Positions 26,416 to 39,394 of a stretch of DNA of 64,000 nt are shown piece after piece. The position numbers were made by a program, and so were the translations under genes. This stretch comes from Cetorhinus maximus (Eukaryota). A model generated the notes under the pieces. The model saw only the letters and a program-made list of their open reading frames with translations, was not told the DNA's origin and did no database searches. Position 1 is the stretch's first letter, and each line of letters starts with the position of its first letter. The DNA is taken from assembly GCF_964194155.1 (NCBI RefSeq), contig NC_135907.1, forward strand, positions 21,266,001 to 21,330,000. Direction: 5' to 3'.

Positions 26416-26954
26416 GACAGAAGGGAGGGATGGGGAGATGGCGTGAGGGTTTGGAAGGGTTGACAAGTCTGCTTGGCTGCTTCCTGACTTTCTTTGTGCT
26501 GTATAATTGATCAGGAGGACTCTCTGCACGGAGAATCTCCAAGACTTCCCTTCTTACTTTAAAATATTACCCACGCTAGAAATAAATTTTGGTGAGATCA
26601 ACAGGAGAACATGTTGACAGTCTTCTGTTGGTTATCTTACCAAGGGCATTGACCAGTTTATATTAATTGAGTTAACACAATCACTAGCGTGCTCAGCGTT
26701 CTCCCATTAGGATCTGAAGATAACCCTAGATGTCGAAGGTCATTCTGCCTATCTTGCTTCACCCACCGGGAAGATCTTAAATTCTGCCCTTTGCCTCAGA
26801 TAATTAATACTTAAATGAGTTTGGGGATGACTCCACTAAGAAATTGATTCCATGTGTGTAAAAGTCTTAAATTTTCCATTTATCAGTTTGAACTGTGTCC
26901 CCTTGTCCTACTCTTGCTATTCAAATTAATGCTAAGTAATTTTCTGGATTTAGG

Positions 26955-27355
26955 GAAGGCAGTGGTGTAGTGGTAACGTCACTGGGGGGGAGGGGTGGTA
27001 TAATCCAGAGATCTGGGCTAATGCTCTGGGGATACAGGTTCAAATCCCACCATAGCAGTGGATGGAATTTCAATTCGATTAATAAAATGTGGAATTGTAA
27101 GTTAGTCTCAGTGACTGTGAAACTATCATTGATTGTCATAAAAACCCACCTGGTTCACTAATGCCTTTTAGGGAAGGAAATCTGCTGTCCTTACCCGGTC
27201 TGACCTACATGGGATTCCAGACCCACCGCAATGTGGTTGACTCTTAAATGCTCCCTAAAATAGCCCCGCCAGCCGTTCAGTTCAAGGGCAATTGGGGGGT
27301 GGGGAACAGATGCTGGTCTTGTCAGCGACGCCCATGTCCCATGAAAGAATAAAAA
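26955..27355 (+). mobile_element. tRNA-derived SINE
   Basis: A-box-like tggtgtagtgg, B-box ggttcaaatcc, and a LINE-like 3' tail. Confidence 0.75.
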
Positions 27356-27859
27356 AGAAGTAAAGTCTTTTTCCAGACATTTCTGTTAATCAATTGTCTT
27401 ATTTACCAGTGCAAGGACACCTCAAAGATCATCTTCTTTCAAGGTTGAAGCACACAAGTTTCTTCAATCTACCCTCAGGTTTGGGATCAGACTGATGGCT
27501 CCTCTCTGCACTGCCTCTGTATGTGTCCTTTATCAGCCTTGCATCTCAGCCAGCAGCGTTGAACATAATACACAAGGTGTACAACCAGAGGACCGTACAC
27601 TTTGATCATGAGTTCTATTTTCTGTTTCGGCCAACTCAGCATTCTATTAGCACGGGTGCAAGAAGATCCACCCAAGTGGAAGCGCAGAGTTCGGGAGAAC
27701 CCAGAGGAACGTTACGGAGAAAGCTAAAAGAACAACAGAAAGCAACACATTTTAAATAAATTATTTTTTTTAAACTGAGTTCAAAATTTTAATATATAAA
27801 CATTACTTAAAGACTAGTCAAGAACATCTATTAATTTTGAACAAGCTTTATGTTATATT

Positions 27860-28830
27860 ATTGAATCATACATTGGTTTCAGCACAGAGGAAGGCCATTC
27901 AGCCCATTGTGCATGTGCTGGCTTTCTAAAGCAACCATTCACCTATTGCCACTCCCCTGCCTTTTCCCTGGAGCCCTGCAAATCTTTCCTTTTCAGTTAA
28001 TGATCCAATTCCCTTTTGAAAGCCTCAACTGAACCTGCCTCCACTGCACTCTCAGCCAGTGCATTCCAGATCCTAACTACTCACTGAGTGAAAAAATTTT
28101 ACCTCCTGTCCTCATTACTTCTTTTGCCAATTACCTTAAATCTGTGCCCTCTGACCCTCAACCCTTCCAACAATGGGAACTGTTTCTTCCCATCTACTCT
28201 GCTCAGACCCCTCATGAATTTGACTAGTTCTATCAAATCTCTTCTCAACTTTCCTTTCTCCAAGGAGCTTCTCCCTATTTCTAAATAACGGAAGTTCCTC
28301 AACCCTGGATCTATTCTCATGAATCTTTTCTCTGCAACCTCTTATAGAAACATAGAAACTAGGAGCAGGAGTAGGCCATTCGGCCCTTCGAGCCTGCTCT
28401 GCCATTCATTATGATCATGGCTGATCATCCAACTCAATAGCCTGCTCCTGCTTTCTCCCCATACCCTTTGATCCCTTTTGCCCCAAGAGCTATATCTAAC
28501 TTCTTCTTGAAAACATACAATGTTTTGGTCTCAACTACTTTCTGTGGTAACGAATTCCATAGGCTCACCACTCTCTGGTTGAAGAAATTTCTCCTCATCT
28601 CAGTCCTAAATGGTCTACCCTGTATCCTTAGACTGTGACCCCTGGTTCTGGACTCCCCCACCATCGGGAACATCCTTCCTGCATCTACCCTGTCTAGTCC
28701 TGTTAGAATTTTATAGGTTTCTATGAGGTCACCCCTCATTCTTCTGAACTCCAGCGAATATAATAATGCCTTCACATCCTTCCTAAAGCGTGGTGCCCAG
28801 AACTGAATGTAATGCTCCTTTTTGAACCTA
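27860..28830 (-). mobile_element. Old CR1 fragment with a younger CR1 3' end (28343-28765) nested inside
   Basis: ORF 28434-28775 (YSLEFRRMRGDLIETYKIL...WNSLPQ) and tail atagaaacatagaaa interrupt an older CR1. Confidence 0.8.
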
Positions 28831-29563
28831 AATTAAGTCAGTGAATTTTTTGAAATCAGTGAGCAATTAACTAAGCCTGCCTCTGAGCTGTGGGCCTGCC
28901 ATTCCCTTGCCACATAACATTTGGTGCTATTAGACATTGCTTTTGTCTAATTAACTTTTTTTTAAAAAGTCACGTCATCACATGTGCCTACAAAGTAAAG
29001 GTAGGCCATGCCCCAATCACAGCACTCACAAATATAAAGATTCCTTTGTGTCGTTTTTCACAATCTGGGCCATGTTCATGCTTCAACAGTCATTGAATGG
29101 AGCACTGAGCTCAGCAACTTTCTGTGCCAACTCCTTACTTTATTGGCTATACATCCAACCACTTTACTACCTTCTGACTTACATTCCAGAGCCATCCTGA
29201 GGCCACCACAAGATCCTTTTCAGCATCTTCTGCTTGGCTATCATATGCGAAAGATGGCGATGCAGAGGTAATGTCACTGGACTAATAATCCAGTGGTCCA
29301 GGCCTGTCCTCTGGGGGTGTGATTTCAAATCCCGCCACAGCAGCTGGCGGTGTTTAAATTAAATTATTCAATTCAGTTAATGAATTTTAAAAATCTGGAA
29401 TTGAAATCTAGTCTCAGTCATGGTCACCATGAAACCACATCAATTGACATAAAAACTCATCTGATTCACTAACGTCTTTTAGGGAAGGAAATCTGCCATC
29501 CTTACCTGGTCTGGCCTATACAGGTACGTGACTCCAGACTAGACCCGCAACAATGTGGTTGAG

Positions 29564-29964
29564 GATGGTCTGAGGGCTCTCCGCTTCTTCCTTGAAAAGA
29601 GGCCCGAACAATCCCCATCCAACCAGGCTGAACTTGCTCTGTCACTGAACAATTTCTCCTTAAACTTATCTCACTTCCTCCAAATAAAAGGTGTGGATAC
29701 CCGCATGGGTCCCAGTTATGCCTGTCTCTTTAGGGGGTACTTGGAACATTCCTTGTTCCAGTCCTACTCAGGCCTCCTCCCACAACTCTTTTCTCGGTAT
29801 AAATTTCATCACATTTCTACTTCTCTTTAGCTCTGAAGGAAGATCACACGGACTCGAAACATTAATGTTTCTCTCTCCACAGATGCTTTCAGACTTGATG
29901 AGTTTTTCCAGCATTTTCTGTTATTTCAGATTTCCAGCATTGGCAGTATTTTGCTTTTATCCTA
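29564..29964 (+). mobile_element. Internally deleted Penelope-like (family 1) fragment inserted in a SINE
   Basis: RT remnant GLRALRFFLEKRPEQSPS...MGPSYACLF matching the 30685 copy; 9-bp duplication gtggttgag at 29555-29563 and 29965-29973. Confidence 0.8.
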
Positions 29965-30684
29965 GTGGTTGAGTCGTTATTACCTTCTGAGGTCCATGCT
30001 TTCTTTTCCCCAGGCTCTGACACAAATCCCTTTTGTTTTTATATGGCAACCATTGAATTTAGTTTGTTACATGATTTCAAGGCTGGTAGAATGGGTGGAC
30101 ATATAGGTGATGAAATGTAATGCGGAGAAATGAGAAGTGATACCATTTTGGAAGGAAGGAGCAGAGGCAATGTAAAATAAAGGGTACAATTATAAAGGGG
30201 TTGTAGAAACAGAGAGATCTGTTGAAGGTGGCAGGGCAAGTTGAGAAGATGGTGAAAAAGGCATATGGCATCTGGGCTTTATAAACCAAGTACAGAGGCA
30301 AAGAGGCTATGGCGAGCTTTTATAAACACTGGCTCGGCCTCAACTGGAGTCCTGTGACCAATTCTGGGCACCACACTTTAGGAAGGACGTGAAGGCTTTA
30401 GAGAGGGTACGGAGAAGATTTACAAGAAGGGATGAGGGCAGGGACCTCAGTTATGAGGGTGAATTGGAGAAGCTGGGGTTGTTCACCTCAGAATGAAGGT
30501 TGAGAGGACATTTGATAGAGGTGTTCAAAATCATGAGGGGGCTGGATAGAGTAGGTAGAGAGAATCCCCATTGGCAACAGGGCTGAAAACCAGAGGACAC
30601 CGATTTGAGATGATTGGCTAAAGAAGCAATGGTGGCACAAGGGAAAACTTTTGTTACGTAGCAAGTGACTAAGATCTGGAATGC

Positions 30685-32949
30685 TAGCAATGGTGCTGTT
30701 GTTGTCTGGCGCACTGACCTCTACCTCGCAGAGGCTGAGCGTCAACTCGCAGACACTTCCTCCTACCTCCCCCTGGACCATGACCCCACCACTGAACATC
30801 AAGCCATTGTTTCCAGGACTGTTACTGACCTCATCTCCTCTGGAGATCTTCCTTCCACAGCTTCCAACCTGATAGTCTCCCAACCTCGGACGGCCCGCTT
30901 CTACCTCCTACCCAAAATCCACAAACAGGACTGTCCCGGCAGACCGATCGTGTCAGCCTGTTCCTGCCCCAAGGAACTCATTTCTTGCTATCTTGACTCC
31001 ATTCTCTCTCCCCTTGTCCAGTCCCTTTCCACCTACATCCGTGATTCCTCTGACACCCTACATCACATCAACAATTTCCAGTTCCCTGGCCCCAACCGCC
31101 TCCTCTTCACCATGGACGTCCAATCCCTCTACACCTCCATCCCCCACCAGGATGGTCTGATGGCTCTCCGCTTCTTCCTTGAACAGAGGCCCGAACAATC
31201 CCCATCCACCACTACTTTCCTCCGTCTGGCTGAACTTGTTCTCACACTGAACAATTTCTCCTTAAACTCTTCTCACTTCCTCCAAATAAAAGGTGTGGCT
31301 ATGGGTACCCGCATGGGCCCCAGCTATGCCTGTCTCTTTATGGGGTATGTGGAACATTCCTTGTTCGAGTCCTACTCCGGCCCCCTCCCACAACTCTTTC
31401 TCCGGTACATCGATGATTACTTCGGTGCTGCTTCATGCTCTCGCCTGGACCTGGAAAAATTTATTAATTTTGCTTCCAATCTCCACCCCTCCATCATTTT
31501 CACATGGTCTATCTCTGACACTTCCCTTCCCTTCCTTGACCTCTCTGTCTCAATTTCTGGTGATAGACTGTCCACCAATATCCATTACAAGCCTACTGAC
31601 TCCCACAGCTACCTCGACTACAGCTCCTCACACCCCGCTTCCTGTAAGGACTCCATCCCATTCTCTCAGTTCCTTCGCCTCCGTCACATCTGTTCTGATG
31701 ATGCCACTTTCAAAAACAGTTCCTCTGACATGTCCTCCTTCTTCCTTAACCAAGGTTTTCCACCCACAGTGGTTGACAGGGCTCTCAACCATGTCCGGCC
31801 CATCTCCCGCGCATCCACCCTCACACCTTCTCCTCCTTCCCAGAAACATGATAGGGTCCCCCTTGTCCTCGCTTATCACCCCACCAGCCTCCGCATTCAA
31901 AGGATCATCCTCCACCATTTTCGCCAACTCCAGCATGATGCTACCACCAAACACATCTTCCCTTCACCCCCCCGGTGGCATTCCGCAGGGATCGTTCCCT
32001 CCGGGACACCCTGGGCCACTCCTCCATCACCCCCTACACCTCAACCCCTCCCTCGGCACCTTCCCAAGCAACCGCAGAAGGTGCAACACCTGCCCCTTTA
32101 CTTCCCCCCTCCTCACCGTCCAAGGGCCCAAACACTCCTTTCAAGTGAAGCAGCATTTCACTTCCACTTCCCTCAATTTAGTCTACTGCATTTGTTGCTC
32201 CCAATGCGGTTTCCTCCACATTGGAGAGACCAAACGCAGACTGGGTGACCGTTTTGCAGAACACCTTCGGTCTGTCCGCAAGCATTACCCAGACCTCCCT
32301 GTCGCTTGCCATTTCAATACTCCACCCTGCTCTCATGCCCACATGTCCGTCCTTGGCCTGCTGCAATGTTCCAGTGAAGCTCAACGCAAACTGGAGGAAC
32401 AGCACCTCATCTTCCGACTAGGCACTTTACAGCCTTCCGGACTGAATATTGAGTTCAACAATTTTAGATCATGAACTCTCTCCTCCATCCCCACCCCCTT
32501 TCCGTTCCCCCCCCCACCCCCACTTTTTTTCCCAATAATTTATATAGATTTTTCTTTTCCCACCTATTTCCATTATTTTTAAATGTATTTCCAGCCATTG
32601 TTTTATCTCTACCTTTTAGCCTATTTCGATTCCTTCACCCCAACCCCACTAGGGCTATCTGTACCTTGCTCGTCCTGCTTTCTACCCTTAATTAGCACAT
32701 TCCTTTAGATAATATCACCGCCTTCAACACCTCTTTGTCCTTTTGTCTGTGACATCTTTTGGTTATCTCCACCTCTCACTGGCCCTTTATCCAGCTCTAC
32801 TTGTCCCACCACCCCTTAAACCAGCTTATATTTCACTTATTTTTAATTAGTTCTGTTGAAGGGTCATTCGGACTCGAAACGTTAACTGTGTTCCTCTCCG
32901 CAGATGCTGCCAGACCTGCTGAGTTTTTCCAGGTATATTTGTTTTTGTT
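30685..32949 (+). mobile_element. Penelope-like retroelement (family 1): RT plus GIY-YIG endonuclease, 5'-truncated, one frameshift
   Basis: RT motifs FYLLPKIHK, MDVQSLYTSIP, GVAMG, RYIDD; GIY-YIG-like NLVYCICC...HIGETKRRLGDRFAEH...GLN. 15-bp TSD taagatctggaatgc at 30670-30684 and 32950-32964, inside a CR1 fragment. Frameshift at a C7 tract near 31970, which is C8 in the 52961 copy. Confidence 0.93.
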
Positions 32950-33227
32950 TAAGATCTGGAATGCAGTGCCTGAATGGAGGCAGATTCAATCGGGAGTTTT
33001 CAAATGTAATCAAACAAGCTCCCGAAGAGAAAAAAATTGCAGGGCGATGGGGAATGGGCCAGGCAGTGGGACTAGGTGAGTTGCATTTGCGGAGAGCCAG
33101 CATGGACACGACAGGCTGAATGGCTTCCTTCCATTCTGTATTATGAGTTATGAGTTATCTGTTATGAGTCTATAAGCAGCCTGAGCTAAAATAATAGATC
33201 ACAGCCAGTGGGAAGATCAAGATGCAT

Positions 33228-33581
33228 TGTCTGCCACACCCAACATGGCATAGGGCCTGCCACACCCAACATGGCGTAGGGCCTGCCACACCCAACATGG
33301 CGGACAAACAGGACAGGACTCGAGTTGATACCACTCAAAATGGCGGACGATGCTCGACGATGGGCGCGCCACACTCAACATGGCGGCCGCACGGCCCCCA
33401 TCTCCACAATATCCTTCCTTCCCAATATGGCGGAAGCCAGCTAGCTGCCCGCCTACGCCACCGTTGACCAATCAGCGGCCTCGGATCCGGTGGCGCACGC
33501 CCCACCCCCCCCTCCCCCCACGTTGAGGGACGGGCGTCGTGGGCGGTGCCTTGCGCGCACCCGCGGCTTGTGCGCGCTCCT
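33228..33581 (+). promoter_or_regulatory. CpG-island promoter of locus D with clustered YY1-like sites and a CCAAT box
   Basis: CAANATGGCG at 33267, 33293, 33336, 33376 and 33423; GACCAATCAG at 33466-33475; GC-rich; no TATA seen. Confidence 0.7.
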
Positions 33582-33857
33582 ATGGGCAGGCTGTGGAGCC
33601 TCTTACCCGGCCTGTTGTTGGGCCTACAGTCTGGCCGCCGCCTCCTCCACCCCTTCCAGTGCCCACCCTGCTGCTCTCCCGCCGCCGGGCGGCTGTGGAG
33701 GGGGCCGCAGGTCCACGGAGGCGGCCAAGCGGGCCAGTGCCAGGGCCGGGGCCGGGGCCAGAGCCAGAGCCGCCAGAACTACCCGAGTAAATGTGAGGAT
33801 GGCATCAACAGCCAGATCAACCTGGAGCTCAGCGCCTCCTACGTCTACCTGTCCATG
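33582..33857 (+). CDS. Ferritin locus D, exon 1: 60-aa N-terminal leader plus SQSRQNYPSKCEDGINSQINLELSASYVYLSM (candidate mitochondrial or secreted ferritin, 234 aa total)
   Basis: The only in-frame ATG before the ferritin core is at 33582; open 276-nt exon ending ATG|gtgaga. Confidence 0.88.
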
Positions 33858-33869
33858 GTGAGAGTCTAA

Positions 33870-35330
33870 CACATCACAAGAGGGAATCCCAGTAGATAAT
33901 CCCAGCAGGTAATCCACATCCCATCAGATAATCCCATCAAGTAATCCACATCCCATCAGGTAATCCACATCCCAGCAGGTAATCCACATCCCATCAGATA
34001 ATCCCATCAAGTAATCCACATCCCATCAGGTAATCCACATCCCAGCAGGTAATCCACATCCCATCAGATAATCCCATCAGGTAATCCACATCCCAGCAGG
34101 GAATCCACATCTCAGCAGGTAATCCACATCCCAGCAGGTAATCCACATCCCAGCAGGTAATCCACATCCCAGCAGGGAATCCACATCCCAGCAGGGAATC
34201 CATATCCCATCTGATGATCCCAGCAGGTAATCCACATCCCATCAAATAATCCCAGCAGGTAATCCACATCCCATCAGATAATCCCAGTAGGTAATCCACA
34301 TCCCAGCAGGGAATCCACATCCCAGCAGGTAATCCACATCTCAGCAGGAAATCCACATCCCATCAGATAATCCCAGCAGGTAATCCACATCCCAGCAGGA
34401 AATCCACATCCCATCAGATAATCCCAGCAGGTAATCCACATCCCAGCAGGAAATCCACATCCCATCAGATAATACCAGCAGGTAATCCACATCCCATCAG
34501 ATAATACCAGCAGGGAATCCACATTCCAGCAGGGAATCCCAGCACATCCCAAGAGGGAATCCCAGCACTTCCAAGCAGGGAATCCCAGCAGGTAATCCGC
34601 ATCCCAAGAGGCAGTCCCGGCACATCCCAAGAGGGAATCCCAGAAGATAATCCCAGCACATCCCATACAACTCAGGATCCAGCAGATCCCATTCAACCCA
34701 ACACATTGCAGGATTGGAATCCCAGCAGATGCTCACTGTTCAATACATTCCAAGAGGGAATCACAGCACATCCCAGCAGGGAAAACACATACAAGGAGAG
34801 AATACAACAGGTACCATTCAACCCAACACACCCCTGGTAGGGAATCCCAGGAAAAATCCAGCACATCCCATAGAGCACAACACATCTCAACAGGGAATCC
34901 AGCACATCCAGTGGTAAATCTAACACAGACCCAATCGCAGCAGAAAAAACAGCCAATCCCATACAACATAGCATAACCCAACTGTAAAATCCCAGCACCT
35001 CCTCACTGTCGAGCATATCCCAGCAGGGAATTCCAGCAGACCCTTACTGTATAACACAATCCAGCAGGAAATCTGGAAATCCCTTACAATTTAGCATACC
35101 CTACTGTCTAGAGAAACACCAGCCAGCACATCCCATGCAATCTAGAATATTGCTTCAATCTCAGTGGAGAAACCAGCACATACCCCACAGTACCAACAGA
35201 GAAATCTAGTACATTCCCACACAATGTAGCATATCCCGCATAGCACCAGCAGAGGAACCAAGTATATCCCCTCACAATCCCAGCACATCCCATTACACAA
35301 TTTCAGTGTATTCCCTCAATCCCAGTCCAA
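33870..35330. repeat. Minisatellite in locus D intron 1 (19-nt gtaatccacatcccagcag with shorter ataatcccatcag variants), decaying towards the 3' end
   Basis: Direct tandem repeats, homogeneous at 33890-34520 and diverged after; similar units reappear at ~38220-38340. Confidence 0.92.
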
Positions 35331-35334
35331 AATG

Positions 35335-38205
35335 TAGAATCAATTTGGGTGGAAATAAATAGCAAAGCAAAGAAGTCACTGCTGAGAGTGGTTTATAGGC
35401 ACCCTAACAGTAGCTACTCTGCAGGACTGTATAAATCAAGAAATAATGGGGGGAGGGGTGGGTGCTTGTAAGAAAGTTACTGCAATAGCAGTTTAATGGG
35501 GGGATTTTAATCATATAGATTGCACAAATGAAATTGGCAAAAGTAGCCTGAAGGATGAGTTCATAGAGTCTAATTGGGACAGTTTCTTAGAACGATATGT
35601 TCTTGAACCAACCAGGGTACAGACTATTTTAGACCTGGTAATGTGTAATTAATCAGGATTAAGTATTGACCTCATAGTAAAGGATCCTCCAGGTAAGAGT
35701 GATCATAACATGGTAGAATTTCACATTCAGTTTGAGGGTGAAACTAGTCTTGGACTTAAATAAAGGCGATTACATGGCTATGAAGACAGAGTTGGCGAAA
35801 GTGGAATGGGGAAAACAGTTAAAAGGTAAGACAGTAGAGAAGCAGTGGCAGACATTTAAGTAGATATTTAATAGCTCTCGACAAAGATATATTCCATTGA
35901 GAAAGGAAGGTGCTACGAGAAGGACGCCCCATCTGTGGCTAACTAAGGAAGTTAAGGATGGTATCAAATTGAAAGAAACATGTACAATACTGCAAAGATT
36001 AGATGACCAGAAGATTGAGAAAATTTTAGAAGCCCGTAAAGGATGACTAGAGAAATAATAGGGAGAAAATGGAATATGAGAGAAAATTAGTAAGAAACTT
36101 AAAACAGACAATGAAAGCTTTACAAGAATATAAAAAGGAAGAGAGTAGCTAAAGTAAGTGTTGGTCCCTTAGAAGGTGGGACTGGGGAATTAATAATGGG
36201 AAACAAAGAACTGTCAAAGACTTTGAACAAGCATTTTGTATCTGTCTTCATGGTAGAAGACACTTAAGGCATATCAAGAACAGTAGAAGATCAAGAGACA
36301 AATGGGAGGGAGGAACTTAAAACAATCACGATTACTAGAGAAAAAGTACTAGGAAAGCTAACGGGACTAAAGGCTGATAAGTCCCTTGGACCTGATGGCC
36401 AGCATAGAGTCATATATGACACAGAAGGAGGCCCTTTTTGCCCGTTGCACCCGTGCCAGTTCTCCGCACAGCAATCCAGTCAGTCCCCCACTTGATCCCC
36501 ATACCCATAAGGTCTTAAAGGAAATGGCTGCAGAGATAGTGGACGCATTGGTTGTAACCTTGCAAAATTCCCTAGATTGTGGTAAGGAGCCAGGGGAGTG
36601 GAAAGCCACAAATGTAACCACAGTATTCAAGAAAGGAGGGAGACAGAGAAAGCAGGAAACTGTAATAAAAGCAAAATACTGTAGATGCTGGAAATCTGAA
36701 ATAAAAACAGGAAATGGTGGAAAACTCAGCAGGTCTGGCAGGGTCTGTGGAAAGAGAAACAGAGTTAATGTTTCGACCCCGTACAACTTCTTCAGAACTG
36801 AAGAGAGGTAGAAATGTGATGGGTTTTATGCTGTTGAAGAGAGGGGGTGGAGCAGATGGAGACTACCGTCTAGCTTTTGTCATTGGGAAAATGCTAGATT
36901 CCATTATAAAGGAGATAGTAACACATTTATGAAAATCATAATACAGGCGGAGTCACTATGGTTTTGTGAAAGGGAAAATGTATTTGACAAATTTATTAGA
37001 GTTCTTTGAGGATGTAACAAGTAGGGTGGATAAAGGGGAACCAGTAGATGTAGTATATTTGGATGTCCAAAAGTCATCCAATAAGGTGCCACATAAAAGG
37101 TTAGTGGACCAGATAAGAGCTCATGGTGGTGTGGGTGATATATTAGCATGAATAGAGGATTGGCTAACTGACAAGAAACAGAAAATCGGGATAAGTGGGT
37201 CTTTTTCAGATTGCAAGCTGTTAACTAGTGGAGTACCACAGGGATCAATGCTGGGACCTGAACTATTTACTATCTATTTTAATGACTTGGATGAAGGACT
37301 GTATTGCAGCCAGCTTTGCAGATGGTAAAACGATAGGTTGGACTGCAAGTTGTGAGGAGGATACAATTTGGAAAGGGATATAGGTAGGTTAAGTGAGTGG
37401 GCAAAAAAATTGGCAGATTAAGTGTAATGTAGGAAAATATTTGGTTGTCTTCTCTGGCAGAAAGAATAGAAAAGCAAACTATTATTTAAATAGTGAGAGA
37501 CTGCAGAATGCTGCAGTACACAGGGATCTGGGTGTCCTTGTACATGAATCAGCAAGTAATGAGGTAAGCAAATGGAATGTTGTTCTTTATTGCAAGGGGG
37601 ATGGAGTATAAATATAGGGAAGGCTTGTTACAGTTGGACAGGACATTGGTGAGGCCACACCTGGAGTGCTGTGTATAGTTTTGGTCTCCTCACTTAAGGT
37701 GGGATATAGTTACACTGGCAGCAGTTCAGAGAGGATTCACTGGTCTGATTCCTGGGATGAAGGGGTTGTCTTATGAGGAAAGGTAAAGTAGGTTGGGCCT
37801 ATACACATTGAATTTGAGAAGAATGAGAGGTGATCTTACTGAAACAAATAAGATTCTGAGAGGACTTGACAGGGTAGATGCTGAGAGGATGTTTCCTGTC
37901 ATGGGGAAATGTAAAACTAGGGGGCGCAGTTTCAAAATAAGGCCCCCCCCCCCACCGCCATTTAAGACAGTAAGGTCAAAGGGTCATTAGCCTTTGGAAT
38001 TCTCCAGAGAGAGCAGTGGAGGCTGGGTCATTGAAGATGTTCAAGGCTGAGGTGGACATATTTTTGATTGACAAGGGAGCTAAGGGTTATGGGAGACAGG
38101 CAGCAATGTGGAATTATGGCCACAATCAAATGAACCATGACCTTATTGAACAACAGAGTAGGCTCTAGGGCCGAATGGCCTACTACTGCTCCTATTTCTT
38201 ATCAT
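35335..38205 (+). mobile_element. Old CR1 LINE (endonuclease and RT remnants) with nested insertions
   Basis: Remnants KEMAAEIVDALV, LTNLLEFFEDVTSRVDKGEPVDVVYLD, RRMRGDL; a Penelope end is inserted at ~36663-36860. Confidence 0.85.
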
Positions 38206-39394
38206 CATGGTCATTGTCTCTCAGTCCCAGCGCATCCCACATGCAATCCTGGTGCATCCCCTATCAATCCCAGCACACCTGTTAACAAACCAGTACAGCC
38301 CCCTCACAACCCAGCAGACTTTGCAAATCCAAATGCAACATGTAATCTAGTTGATTTAGAATAAGCACAGGAGATTTGTTTCAAACCTAACAGCCTTAAA
38401 TGAGGCTGAAGATTAGAAGCCACCAAGGAGTATTTATAGAGAGGACTCTCCCCTAATATAACTGAGACTAAGTCCATCATCTTTATTTAAAGTAGGAACA
38501 GGATAAAATAAAAGCAAAATACTGTGATTGTTGGAAACAAATAAAAACAGCATCCGTGGAGAGAGAAACAGAGTTAACTTTTCAGGCTGAGTTGTCATCC
38601 AAACTGGAAGATTATTGAGACTAATGATCTTTGAGCAAGGACAGAACATAAATATAGTTTGGATTGGAATTGGAAGTTATATGAATAGATAGAAACTGAA
38701 CAAATTACATCAACTCACACTCCTCTCAGGTTTTTTCTTTGTAATTTCTTTTGCCCTGTTTATAATGTATGTAGGCTTGTCATGTTGTACTTATACCTTT
38801 CTGTCAGTAGAGGTGCTGCAGAGCCTCCAGTGGCAGGAGGGTGTAACAGCAGTGTGACATGTTTACACAGGCACTTTCATTGTTAAAGAAAGAACTTGCA
38901 TTTATATAGCTCCTTTCCCAATCTCAGGATATCCCAAAACACTTATCAGCCAATTTGCATACAGCAAGCTTATGCAAACAATAATGAGTTAATGACTAAA
39001 TACCTGGATTTGTTTTAGTGATTTTGGTTGAGGGATAAATATTAGCCAGGACACCAGGGATAACTCTCACGCTCTTCAAAATATTGCCAGTGGATCTTGC
39101 AAATCCACCTGAGAGAAAAGACAGTTTAGCCTCAGTTTAGTGTCTCACCTACTACAGTGCAGTGCTCCCAACTACAATGGAATTGTCACATCTCTGGACT
39201 GTGCGCAAACCCATAACCTTATGACTCGGGGTGAGGGCTACTCACTGAGGCACAGCTGGCACTTAGGTATTCTTATTTGCCCTGAGAAGATGGTGTGGGA
39301 TTGTTTCTTGAAGCACTGAAGTTCTTGTGGTGATGGGCCTCTCACAATCGTATTAGGTAGTGAACTGTAGGAGATGGCAATGATGAAGCACAAT

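Noticed and set aside
26955-27060. tRNA gene
   Set aside because: The A/B boxes belong to a multi-copy SINE head; no intact cloverleaf is evident.
33546-33581. GTG start given by the ORF track for locus D
   Set aside because: In a vertebrate context the first ATG at 33582 is the supportable start.
33870-35330. CRISPR-like array or Cys/Trp-rich ORFs (MWITCWD repeats)
   Set aside because: No unique spacers and a eukaryotic intronic context; the ORFs are translation artefacts of a minisatellite.
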